From the NCBI GenBank assembly GCA_051294375.1, contig CM119268.1, forward strand, positions 981,218 to 1,045,217: 64,000 nucleotides of DNA. Direction: 5' to 3'. This DNA comes from Paraspadella gotoi. Its lineage: Eukaryota; Animalia; Chaetognatha. Each line of letters starts with the position of its first letter. The stretch's first letter is position 1. Below are positions 1 through 11,888 of this stretch, piece after piece. A program made the translations under genes and the position numbers. The notes beneath the pieces are model-generated. The model searched no databases. It had not been told where the DNA came from and was given only the letters and a program-made list of their open reading frames with translations.

Positions 1-199
1 TGTTAGATTAAATACTATACTTAAAAATATGTGTAACTAGGTGTGGTAGTTTGGATCGAGATGATTCGCTCTTCTCCTCACAACTTCTTCGCTTCCGCTA
101 AACCACCTTCTTCGCTTCCGCTTAACTGCCCTCTTTCGCTCTCCTAACCACCTCTTTCTCGTCCATAATCATCCGTAAATCTCTCCTCCCCCCGGTTAA

Positions 200-2330
200 C
201 CTTTTCCTCTTCTTCCTCTCTTCCTCTCCCCCCCACTAACTCTCATCCCCATTTCCCTCTCTCCCCTCCTCTCCCCATTCCCATCTCCCTCCCTTCTCCC
301 CATTTCCCTTCTCCCCCTCTCTCCCCATTTCCCTTTTCTCCCTTCTCTCCCCATTTCCCTCTCCCCATCTCTCCCCATTTCCCTTCTCCCCCCTCCTCTC
401 TCCCATCTTCCCATCCTCCCCTCTCTCCCCATTTCCCCTCCTCTCTCCCCTCTCCTCCCCCATTTCCTTCTCCCCTCTCTCCCCATTTCCTTCTCCCCCT
501 CTGCTCCCCATTTCTCCCCTCTCCCCCTCTCTCCCCATTTCGCCATCTCCCCCTCTCATCCCCATTTCCCTTCTCCCCCCTCTCTCCCCATTTCCCATCT
601 CCCCTCTCTCCCCATTTCCCATCCTTCCCCCTCTCTACCCAATTTCCCTTACTTCCCCCTCTTCTCACCCTCTCCCATATCTCCCCTCTCTCCCCATTTC
701 CTCTCTCGCCCCCTCTCTCCCCATATGTCCTGGCTTCCTCCCCCATCTCTCCCCATTTCCCATCTCCCCTCTCTCCGCCATTTCCCTTCTCCCCCCTCCT
801 CTCCTCCATTTCCCTTCTCCCCCTCTCTCCGCCACTCTCCCCATTCTCCCCCTCTACTCTCCCATTTCCCTTCTCCCCCTCTCCCTCTCCATTTCGCTTC
901 TCCCCCTCTCCCTCTCCATCCCCCCGCTCTTCTCCCCGTATTCCCCTTCTCCCTCTCCTTCCCCATTTCCCTATCTCCCCTCTCTCCCCATTTCCCATCT
1001 CCCCCTCTCTCCCATTTCCCCTTTTCCCCCCTCCTCTCCCACACTTTCCCTTCCTCCCCTCTTCCCCCATTTCCCTTCTTCCCCCTCTCTTCCCCATTTC
1101 CCTTCTCCCCTCGCCTCTTCCATTCCCACTCCCCCCCTCCCTCTCATTTCCTTCTCCCCCCTCCCTCTCCATTTCCCTTCTCCCCCGCTCCCCTCTCCAT
1201 TTCGCTTCTCCCCTCTCCCTCTCCATTTCGCTTCTACTCCCCACCCCTCTCCATTTCGCCCTTCTCCCCCTCTCCCTCTCCATTCCGTTCTCCCCCTCCC
1301 TCTCCCATTTCCCTTCTCCCCCCCTTCCCTCTCCATTTCCCTTCTCCCCCCTCCCTTTCTCCATATTCCACTTCTCCCCCCTCCCTCTCCATTTCCCTTC
1401 TCCCCTCTCACCCCTTCCCTTCTCCCATTCTCCCCTCTCTCCCCACCTCCATCTTCCTTCTCACCCCCCTCCCCTTCATCCATTCTCCCTTCCTCCCCCC
1501 TTCTCCCCCCTCTCCATTTCCCTTCTCCTTCCGCTCCCTCTCCATTTCGCTTCTCCCCCTCCTCCCCTCTCCATTTACCCTTCTCCCCTCTCCCATTCGC
1601 TTCTCCATTTCCCTTCTCCCCCCTTCCTCCTCTCCATTTCCCTTCTCCGCCCTCCCCTCTCCCATTTCCCATCTCCCCTCCTCCCCATTTCCCTTCTCCC
1701 CCCTTCTCTCATTTTCCCTTCTCCCCCTCCCTCTCTCCATTTTTCCCTTTTTTTTCTTCCCCGCCCCTCCCTCTCCATTTCTCTTCTCCCCCTCCTCTCC
1801 CATTTCCGCTTCTCCCTCGCCCTCTCCTCTCCATTTCCCTTCCTTCCCCCTTCTCTCCCTCTCCCATTCCTCTTCATCCCCTTCCCTCCCTCTCCATTTC
1901 CCTTCTTCACCCCCCTCCCTCTTCCCATTTCCTTCTCCCGCCCCCTCCATTCGCTCTCCCTTCTCTCCATTTCTTCCCTCCTCTCCCTCCTTCCGCCTGC
2001 CCTCCCTCTCCATCTCTCCTCCCTTTCCCTTCCCCTCCCTCTCCATTCCCTCTCCTCTCCATTTCCCTTCTCCACCTTCCTCCCTCTCCAGTTTCCGTCT
2101 CCCGCCCTTCCCTGCTCATTCCTCTCCCCTCCCTCCTCCATTTCCTCTTCTCCCCCCCTCCCCTCGGCATTTCCCCTTCTCCCCCCTTTCCCTCTCCATT
2201 TCCCTTCTCCCTCCCCCTCTTCCTTCTCCATGCTCCTCTCTCATCCCTTCCCTTCCTCCTCTCTCATTTCCGCTTCTCCCCCCTCCCCATCGTCCATTTC
2301 CCTTCTGCCCCCCTCCGTCCCCATTTTCTC
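200..2330. repeat. Polypyrimidine degenerate minisatellite (CCATTTCCCTTCTCCCCCTCTCT-like unit)
   Basis: almost only C/T on the + strand with a recurring CCATTTCCC. Confidence 0.9.
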
Positions 2331-2594
2331 CCAGGGCCTCTTTGAGCCAGATGTCTGGATCGCGGCGTTTTGGATGCGCGTTCATCATGAATCTCTGGAC
2401 AAGAGGTCCGGAGCGTGCCCTGTTACAAGTTGTCGTCGTCGTTACGTTTATTCGTCATCTGTTTCCCCCATAATATTTTCCAGTATAAAAGGTGAAAGAC
2501 CGACGCGGGTCTATTTCCCCCCTCTCCTTCTCATTCACCTCCTCATCCTCCTCCCAGGGATTCGGGGCCGCGTTCACGAGGTTCAGTTCACCTT

Positions 2595-2636
<42 letters not shown>

Positions 2637-3060
2637 TACTAGTTTCTCCCCCTTTTTTTACTCTCATTATTTTGTCAATATATTATTTTTTCACATTCTT
2701 AGGATACCTTTTCAAGTTTTAGGAGTTTTCAATTTTCCATCCATTTGTTACCTGGGTTTACCCCACCCTCATATTTCTCCCAATTCCCTATCTCTTCTTG
2801 CTTTTATCTTCTCGCTTTTCATCCTCCTATCTCTTTCCCCATCTCTTCCCCCAATCCTCCCATCTCTTTCCCCATCTGTTCCCTCATTCCTCCCATCCCT
2901 TTTTCCATCTGTTCCCTCTTTCCTCCCATCTCTATCCCCATCCCTTTTTTCCTCCCACTTATTCCTCCCCCCACTTTCAGCCTCTCTCAATCCTTATGCT
3001 TCTTCGTAACGAGTCGCTAATGGGTTTTGCGGTTTCCAGGAATCCGGAGATTTTGTCTGC

Positions 3061-3186
3061 ACCGCCATCGGGACCGGTAGCGCCGTTTGTGGGCACCGCC
3101 ATCGGTCCGGTAGTGCTGTTCGAAGGCCCCGCCTTTGGTCCGGAAGCGCCATTTGTGGGCACCGCCATCGGACCGGTAGCGCCATC
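3061..3186. repeat. GC-rich short tandem repeat with a 24-bp basis
   Basis: ACCGCCATCGG.CCGGTAG.GC recurs 3 times plus variants. Confidence 0.7.
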
Positions 3187-3309
3187 TGCGAATAGAATCA
3201 TTTCTGTTTCTGCTTCCTTTTTTTTTTTGGATCTTCTTTATTCATTCTTCGTTGCTTATTTACTCTACCGAATCCTTAATTCACATGTGCCCGTTTTTGT
3301 ATTTGGCTT

Positions 3310-3426
3310 TCTTGATACTGTAGTCGGGCATTGCATAACTACCCCCTTCCTTGATACTGTAGTTGGGCATTGCATAACTACCCCCTTCCTTGATACTGTA
3401 GTCGGGCATTGCATAACTACCCCCTC
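3310..3426. repeat. 39-bp tandem repeat x3
   Basis: CTTGATACTGTAGTCGGGCATTGCATAACTACCCCCTTC. Confidence 0.9.
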
Positions 3427-4129
3427 TCTCAACAACACTCCACGACCCCCCCCTCGGCAATCAAAAAATAAAAGAAGGAAAAAAAAAAGAAAACGAAACT
3501 GAATAAATAAAGGTAAAGAAATTGCTTCCTGGTCTCTCGACGAAGGTTAGGTCCAACTTAACTCTCCCCTTTTTTCTCTGTCCCCCCTCCACCCGCTCAT
3601 CTTGTACTTTTCCGAAGTCTCCATTCTCTCACGTGAACTCAAAACCTTTTTCTTTCTAACTTACCCGCGATTTTTACTTACCTCCTTTTTTTTCTCCTAT
3701 TCAGTTTCTAACCCAGTTACTCTATACCTGCCCCTTCTCTGACTTCCTAGGAGTAGCAATCGAAACACCTTTATTGGATTTCTCTCTCTCTCTCTCTCTC
3801 TCTCAATATTTGTTTTCTTTCTCCATTTCACTTCCGTTGCTTTGATTTTATTTGACTTTGTTTTTTTTTCTGTTTTTCTTTGGGTTTTTTTTTTGAAGGA
3901 AACCAATTTTTTTCTCTCTTTTTTGTCGTCCTTTTTATGAGACTGATTTTTCAACTGCGAGACAAATCTATGCTCATTGCTCAATATATAAATATTGAAA
4001 ATTGTAAAATTTAGATTTACGTAGATTAGGAAGGTTTTAGATCATTTTTTTCCAATATTCGGCACTCGTGTTTTTCAGTTAATCAATTCTCCCTAATTCT
4101 CGATCGCTTCCTCGTTCACTTAAAATTTT

Positions 4130-4592
4130 TTCTTTTCTTCTTTCCCTTTAATTATTTTCTCTTCCTCCTTAGAAATTGTTTCCTCCTTTCCTTTTCCTCC
4201 TTTCATTTTCCTCCTTCCCTTCAATTATTTTCTCTTTCCTCCTTAGAAATCGTTTCCTCCTTTCCTTTTCCTTCTTTCCTTTTTTTCCTTTCCTTTTCCT
4301 CCTTTCCTTTTCCTCCTTTTCTTTTCCTCCTTTCCTTTTCCTTCTTTCCTTTTTTTCCTTTCCTTTTCCTCCTTTCCTTTTCCTTCTTTTCTTTTCCTCC
4401 TTTCCTTTTCCTCCTTTCCTTTTCCTCCTTTTCTTTTCCTCTTTTCCTTTTTCTCCTTTCCTTTTTTTCATTTCCTTTTCCTCCTTCCCTTCAATTATTT
4501 TCCCTTTCCTCCTTAGAAATAGTTTCCTCCTTTCCTTTTCCTCCTTTCATTTTCCTTCTTTCCTTTTTCTCCTTTCCTTTTCCTCCCTTCCG
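4130..4592. repeat. CT-rich low-complexity repeat
   Basis: (TTTCCTTTTCCTCC)-like units. Confidence 0.85.
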
Positions 4593-5239
4593 CTTTAACA
4601 AGTCGAGAGGAAAAAAAAGTTTTAAACTTCCTCTTTACTGTTTTCGCTTCTCGTCACAAGGAAAGGAAAACAACAAGAGAAAACAGCGACGAAACAGCGA
4701 CAGAAAGCAGTGATCTAAAAGCATGAGTGTCGCTGATGGACATAAACTCTCCTTGTAAATTGTTGCTCTTGATTTCCTTTTGTAAAAATGTATTAAAATA
4801 TAAACAATCAATATTTGTTTACTAACATTACCGTTCATTATTACTTTATTAATCTGTTTAATCATGATTGTGATAATATTGATTAGCCATCTTCGGAGTT
4901 TTTGTAGGTTTTTGTATGTTTTATTTGTCATTCATATGTTTACATTCTATTTGCGTGGTAAGGCATTTTTTCATTGAGGAGGCTGACCTTACCTGAGAAA
5001 TCATTGCCGGTTCTGATTGTTTCCCGATGTTTGCTTTTGCTTACCTCCAGTTCTAGATCATGCTTGATCCCAGAGACTCGCGAATCAACCCGATTGCTGC
5101 CTGCAATATTGATACTCTGTCTCAGAAGGTCAGCAAGAGATGGAAAATCCCGCTCATCACTCCTGCCTCGTGCTTTTTTCTTTAATACAATTGAAACATT
5201 CTTCGAAATATTATACCACTTCATTGATAGGGAAGCCAG

Positions 5240-5391
5240 GTACTCTGGGAATGAATAAACGAGACTGTGGGAGTCTTGATTGAAAGCTTGCAGGGACCCG
5301 CTATGTCATTATCTTGTAAGAGTGATGGAGGCCTTAAACCACCAAAGCCTGTCCAAAGTCGGGGGCAAGATAGCTTATTTATTAAATGAAT
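5240..5391 (+). mobile_element. Dispersed repeat family B (possible non-LTR retroelement 3' end); this copy may extend further upstream
   Basis: reverse-complement copies at ~11756-11888, ~36700-36800, ~47550-47601 and ~57575-57700; three of them share the terminus AGATAGCTTATTTATTAAATGAAT or a close variant. Confidence 0.65.
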
Positions 5392-6042
5392 GGATAATTT
5401 TTATATTGGTTGTACTAATTTCATACATGTAATGCAAAACCGCAGCCATGATGTTGAAAACTCAGAACCACAACGTCGCGATATCCTTGAAAGAGAGAAG
5501 AACTGCTACAAAAAACAAAAAAAAAAACTGGAGGACGATGAACTCCTTGATTACAATTCTCATTATTATTGCATTACGATATACGAGTGTTCGCGCGAAC
5601 AAAAGGGAAATGGAGAGTGAGACAACGCGGTGAGGGGTGGTCAGGGGGGGCGTGGGTTGGTGGGCCTTGTAGGGTTAAAGTCGTATCACCCACACCCCTT
5701 CAGTCTCTCTCTTCGACTGAATTGCAAATTGCGAATCAGGCCCGAGACGAGGACATGGATGATGCGTAAACTCAAAAGGGGATCTTACTGCTCGTCCTCA
5801 GCCACGTCTCAATGGCTGAGCAGGCTAAATCATCTCGTTTCAACCGTGCGTCCCGGGTTCAATCCCTGGGTATTCAGGTTCTGGCTTAAATGTGACGGAG
5901 CTGGTTCAGAAATTCACGTGAAAGGAGGCGGTCACTGAGGGTCCGCAGCCCCAATGCCAGTTGGTGAGGTAACCGGCGCCCCAGGTATCATTGGGCAGTC
6001 CTCCCGTAGCTATAAGCTCTCCCTGGTCTCCTTCCACACCCA

Positions 6043-6286
6043 AGCCAGAGTCTCCCTCCGAGAGAGTCTCCCTCTCCCCAGAGTTTCCTCCATAGGCCAG
6101 AGTCTCCCTCCGCTGGAGAGTCTCCCTCCGAGAGATTCTCCCTCTCCCCAGAGTTCCCTCCATAGGCCAGTCTCCCTCCGCTGGAGAGTCTCCCTCCGAG
6201 AGAGTCTCTCTTTCCCCAGAGTTTCCTCCAGAGGCCAGAGTCTCCCTCCGAGAGAGTCTCCCTCTCCCCAGTCTCCCTCCGCTGGA
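6043..6286. repeat. Composite tandem repeat (AGAGTCTCCCTCCG)
   Basis: repeated AGAGTCTCCCTC cores in a higher-order arrangement. Confidence 0.85.
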
Positions 6287-6414
6287 CCGACGCTTCATTT
6301 TCTGCTTCGTCGCGACGAATTCTCAATCAACGCCCACTAGAGAAAAAAAATGTATAGATACAACTTGTATATTGTACATTGTACAATGTTAAAACGTAAG
6401 TTTAAGTGAAATGT

Positions 6415-6580
6415 GGCGAATCCTAAATTCGCCTTCCGTATAGCTGGATGAAACTCAGCTCGTCCAATTGGCTTGGACAGCTAAACCAATCGTGTGTTCC
6501 GGGTTCAATCCCCTTGCGGTCACGCTGAGCGCCAGCTGTCGGGAGATGCCGGGTATGACACAGGTCACCCCGTTGCCATA
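6415..6580 (+). mobile_element. Putative tRNA-derived SINE
   Basis: B-box GGTTCAATCCC at 6502-6512; leading hairpin GGCGAAT-CCTAA-ATTCGCC; diverged reverse-strand copy at 60349-60573. Confidence 0.5.
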
Positions 6581-8197
6581 CAAACTTATATAACTTTAAC
6601 GATCAGTCGAGGACTCTAGATTTCTTCAGTTTTAATACCCGAGAAATTAATTAATTCGTTTCGATCAAATTGACAGTTGACAAACTCAATTCCCTCGGCC
6701 ACGTACGGTTTTTTTTATCCCTGCCATCTCGCTCTCTCTCATCTCTCTCTTAAAAGCAAACTAGTCATTTCCTCAAAGCCTTTTACTTTCCTTTCCTTTT
6801 TTCCCCTGTACTTTCCTTTCCTCTTTTTAGCTCCTTTTTCTTTCCTGTTCCTTAAATCTTCCCTTTCCCTTCTCTCTTCTCCAATTCCTTTCCCCCACCC
6901 CACCCGCTCTCTCTCTCTCTCTCTTCTTTTTCTTTTATTTCATTTTGTTCTCCCTCCTCGCGTTCCTCTGCTCTTTTTCCTTTCCTCGCCTCCTTTCCTC
7001 GCCTCCTTTCCTTTCCTTTCACTCTCTTCCTTTCCTTTCCTCTTCCTTTTCTTTCCTCCTTCCTTTTCTTTCCTCCTTTTCCTTTCCTCTTCTTTAACCA
7101 CGAGCGACTTTCGAAGCTAGAATAAAAAGAGAGGAAAGCAAACGGAAGGAATTCCGTTTTGATACATAAGGGTAATTAAATAATTTTCCTCTTAAGAAAC
7201 GCATGGGCCCGCAGCTCTTGGTTGGCAGTTGCGCGTCATATTAGAATAATTTTATGATTTTCTCCGACAGGCGATTGTAAAATTATTCACAGACTTGGAG
7301 AGACCAAATTACGTCACTGTGACTCTGGGTGAGTTCGATCGGACATTGTTTCGACGAACGAGTNNNNNNNNNNNNNNNNNNNNNNNNNNNNNNNNNNNNN
7401 NNNNNNNNNNNNNNNNNNNNNNNNNNNNNNNNNNNNNNNNNNNNNNNNNNNNNNNNNNNNNNNNNNNNNNNNNNNNNNNNNNNNNNNNNNNNNNNNNNNN
7501 NNNNNNNNNNNNNNNNNNNNNNNNNNNNNNNNNNNNNNNNNNNNNNNNNNNNNNNNNNNNNNNNNNNNNNNNNNNNNNNNNNNNNNNNNNNNNNNNNNNN
7601 NNNNNNNNNNNNNNNNNNNNNNNNNNNNNNNCTGGGTGAGTTCGATCGGACATTGTTTCGACGAACGAGTCACGATCGCTCACTTCACTTTTCCTTCTCT
7701 CGGTTAATCGAGTTGGTTCTCACCCCCCCCCCCTTACCCTCGGCAGCAACCAGATGGTTTTTGGCCGACCTACTTACCCGGGGGATTTTTACCTCTCGGG
7801 CGAGGAAAGGCCGACGTCGAGAGAAAAGAGAAAAAGGAGCCTCGAGGTCACCTTTGCTTACCTTTGCTTACCTTTGCTTCCTTTAGTTACCCCGTTTTAT
7901 TTTTATTTCGTGGAATTAATAAATAAATTTAGCATAAAGTAAATTTAATTTCTACTGCTATATGCAAATGAGATCCCTGCCTTTTTTTGTTGCGAAGATA
8001 ACATGCTTATATAAATAAATGACTTTTATTTTAAATTTCCATTAGCAATATCTCGCTATAAAATACCGAGTTTCCATCTTCAAATCCCAACTCAAACCGA
8101 ACAGAAAAAAAACCCTTTTATTTTTACGGACGGAAAAAGGTTTTTTTTGTTTCGCGCCACTTGTTTGTTTACGTTCGTCTTACGGCCTCCATTTTAC

Positions 8198-8290
<93 letters not shown>

Positions 8291-9164
8291 TCCCTCTCCT
8301 TCCCTCCCGACAGAGGGCGCTGATTCGTTCAAACGATCGAGCGGCGCGTAAATATTTTTCGGAGCTTTATTTTTAGTCGTTTTCTTTCTCCTTTTCCCCG
8401 AATCGGGAAATGTTTTTCTTTTTTATGTGGCGAGGGAGACAGAGACTCTGTCTCCCTCTCTCTATTAGAGAGGCATTCCTCGTAAGAGTTTTGACGAGGT
8501 TAATCCGCGTGACCGTAACATCTGAGATGTGACATGGATGGGATTGTTTGAGTCTGTGTTTCTCTGACAATCATGCTGGATCAAGGTCGTGTGAGGGGTC
8601 GTGTATGACGAGGAAAAACAAGTCGAGTGATTTATAACACGTAGAAATGGTAATATAAATATTAATATAAATATAAATATTAAAAAACAAAACAAAAGCG
8701 ACGACAGATGCGAAAACGTACGAAGAAAAAAGCATCGTACAAGACAATCGTTCAATTTATTTCTTATTTCTGCTCGAAAGATAAACGGTTTTAAGTTTGT
8801 TTTTTTGGTATTGGATTCGGAAGTCGCCATCTTGTTATGATGTAAGAGTTTGGGTTCGGAAAAAAAAAAGATTTACGAGTTTCTCCGCCAAGCGAAACCG
8901 AAAATCCTCATAAATCAAAACTTGTAAACCAATTTTTAAAATAAGTTCTCGGAAAAAGAAAACCCGTTGGTACTTTTTAATAAAGTTAGGTCGTGCGGAA
9001 AGAGTTTGATTACGCAATTCAATTCCAAATGTTTAACTTTATAAACGATTTCCAGGCAACACTTCAATCGTTAAGGTAACGGAAAAGTTGGGCTCGAAAA
9101 TGTTGGCACGAAATGCGCCTCGTTTTTCCCGCGGCGCCTTATCGCCCCAGTTCTCTCGACTTCC

Positions 9165-9205
<41 letters not shown>

Positions 9206-9439
9206 GGAACGCTCAACTTACGATCCGTTTTTCCTCTCGACGTCTCGCCTCATCTTCGCGACCAAAACTTTCTGGAAAAAAAAGAAAGACAAAATTTTCC
9301 TTTTGCAGGGAATTTTTTGTCATTTTAATACCGACGAGGGCAAAAAAGGGGTCAATCTAGTGGTAGCCCTTGGGGGGCGGGAAACTCGGCTGCCGACGGG
9401 AAAAGGGTGAAGGAAATTGAGACGAACGTTAGCGACGAG

Positions 9440-9790
9440 TTGTCGTTTTTGTCGTTTTTGTCGTCGTTTTAATCGTTATCGTTTGTCGTTTTTGTCATTT
9501 TAGTCATTATCGTCGTTTTCGTTGTCGTTTTAGTCGTTATCGTCATTGTTTTAGTCGTTATCGTCATCGTTTTAGTCGTCATCGTTTTAGTCGTTATTGT
9601 CATCGTTATCGTCGTCTTTATCGTCGTTTGTCATTTTTGTCGTTATCGTCATCGTCGTTGTTTTAGTCGTCTTCGTCGTATTATTTGTCGTCTTCTCCTT
9701 CTTCTCCTTCTTCTCCTTCTTCTTCTCCTTCTTCTTCTTCTTCTTCTTCTTCTTCTTCTTCTTCTTCTTCTTCCTCTTCATCGTCGTCCC
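9440..9790. repeat. (GTC/TTC)n trinucleotide low-complexity tract
   Basis: degenerate GTCGTTTT repeats followed by pure (TTC)n. Confidence 0.8.
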
Positions 9791-10786
9791 TGGCGAGATG
9801 TAGATTTGTTGTCCTCGATCTCGAGCGTCGGTTGCGACGTTGTGAGGTTGTGAGGTTGTGAGGTTGTGAGGCGTCGAGGGACTCGGCGACGACGCACTCC
9901 GTGGAGAGAGCGAGGTGTGAACTCTCTCCCCGGGTGGATGGCGATACTCACGCGCCAGGGAGATTCGGGGGGGGGGGAAGCCGTGATGGTGAGTTGAGAC
10001 TCGCACTTTGCAAAAGCGCAAGCCCGACGAGTAGGCGACTTCGCAAATGCGTGTGAAAATCTGACTCGGTGAGGTTGTGAAAATCGAGAGAGAAAAAAGA
10101 AGCCTGATGTGACTTAACTGAGAAAAAAAAAAGGATTTGTGTGATAGAAGCGGCGTGAAAAAAAAGAAAAAGTCGTGGGCGGCCCGGTGGGTCTAGCGTC
10201 AGTCACGCGAAGGAGAAAAAAAAAGCCGTTTTCTTCCATGTGATACGAAACGGGACGTGATTTATGGGCAGCGCCGTTTCACTGCCATTCGTTCTACTCC
10301 CGTTGCTTCCCGTTGCTTCACACCCTTTCATCCCTCCTGTTTTTTCTTTTTGTTTTTTTTCACCTCTCCTTTTTTTCTCGCTCTTTTTTTCCTTCTTTTT
10401 TCAATTTTCTAGTCGTTAGACTTTTTTTTCCCCTTCTGGTTTTTTAACCGCTTCTGTAGAGATGTGATGCTTTAATTCCTTTTTTTTGCTTTTTTAACTT
10501 TTTTTTCCACCGAATGATTTTCTTAAATTCTCGCAATTTCTTCCTCCTTTATATCTTTTTACTACTTTTTGAAAAAAAAAAAAAAAAGCCCAAGTTTAAA
10601 ATTCTGTTTTTCTCTTTTCTTTCCTACAGTTTTTAGATTTAAATCGAATTGTAAACCAATCTATTTTTAGCCGCATCTGTGTTGCTCATCTCTCTTGTGG
10701 ATGCATTGCGTTCCTCGTTCCCTTTTGAGCCTCAAGTCTCTTCCGTCTTCTTCTTTTTCGTTTCATTACTTTTGATTTCAAAGCGA

Positions 10787-11598
10787 GGCGCCACGGTCGG
10801 TGCCACGCTCGGCGCGACGCTCGGCGCCACGGCCGGTGCCACGGTCGGCGCCACGCTCGGCGCCACGTTCGGTGCCACGTTCGGTGCCACGCTCGGCGCC
10901 ACGGTCGGTGCCACGTTCGGTGCCACGCTCGGTGCCACGATCGGTGCCACGCTCGGCGCGACGCTCGGCGCCACGGTCGGCGCCACGTTCGGCGCCACGC
11001 TCGGTGCCACGCTCGGCGCCACGGCGCCACGCTCGGGCCACGCTCGCGCCACGTGTCGGGCCCGCCGTTCGGTGCACGCTCGGCGCCAGCGTCTGCCACG
11101 ATCGGTGCCACGTTCGGTGCCACGCTCCGCACGTCGCCACGCTCGGTGCACGCTCTGCCACGTTCGGTGCCACGTTCGGTGCCCACGCTGGCAGGCGCCA
11201 CAGCCACGCTCGGCGCCACGATGGTCGCCACCGATCGGCCGCCAACGCTCGGCGCCACGTTCGGCTGCCACGCTCGGTGCCACGCTCGGCGCCACGGTCG
11301 GTGCCACGCTCGTGCCACGCTCGGCGCCACGTTCGGTGCCACGTTTGGTGCCACGCTCGGCGCGTTCGGTGCCACGTTCGGGGAGTCGGCGCAGGGCGTG
11401 GCGCCACGTTCGGATGGCCACGCTCGGCGGGCACACGTTCGGGCCACGCCTGCGCCACCTGCGGCCAACCTCGGCGCCACGTTCGGTGCCACGCTCGGCG
11501 CCACGTTCGGTGCCACGGTCGGCGCCACGTTCGGTGCCACGGTCGGCGCCACGGTCGGTGCCACGCTCGGTGCCACGTTCGGTGCCACGGTCGGCCAC
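10787..11598. repeat. 12-bp GC-rich minisatellite (GGYGCCACGBTC)n
   Basis: regular at both ends, indel-noisy in the middle. Confidence 0.92.
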
Positions 11599-11755
11599 CG
11601 ATGAAAGTCCGCGGATGACAAATTAAGGACGAAACTTTCTGTGTTGTACCGTTTTTCCCTATAACCGCTCCTTAATCGTTTTGCCGTTTTTGCGCGAAAT
11701 TTTCTTATTTTTATTTATTTCGTGAAATTGGTACAGTCAATATAAAAATTATACA

Positions 11756-11888
11756 TTCATTTAATAAATAAGCTATCTTGCCCCCGATTTGGGACAGGCT
11801 TTAGTGGTTTAAGGCCTCCATCACTCTTACAAGATAATGACATAGCATGTCCCTGCAAGCTTTCAATCAAGACTCTCTCACAGTCTCT
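11756..11888 (-). mobile_element. Dispersed repeat family B copy
   Basis: near-identical reverse complement of ~5262-5391. Confidence 0.68.

Noticed and set aside
2335-2585. Exon-like complex sequence after the CT tract
   Set aside because: No recognisable protein in any frame and ambiguous splice sites.
196-3020. Long ORFs up to 582 aa (P/S/L/F-rich or G/E/R-rich)
   Set aside because: Translations of a polypyrimidine minisatellite that lacks stops in most frames.
7325-7670. 39-bp direct repeat flanking the N gap
   Set aside because: Identical sequence on both gap edges indicates overlapping contig ends. The possible micro-exon at 7293-7328 (LERPNYVTVTL, GTGAGT donor) could not be linked to any gene.
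10679-11626. Six-frame ORFs with GATL/APRS repeats, superficially antifreeze- or mucin-like
   Set aside because: A 12-bp satellite open in all frames; indels shift frames without constraint.
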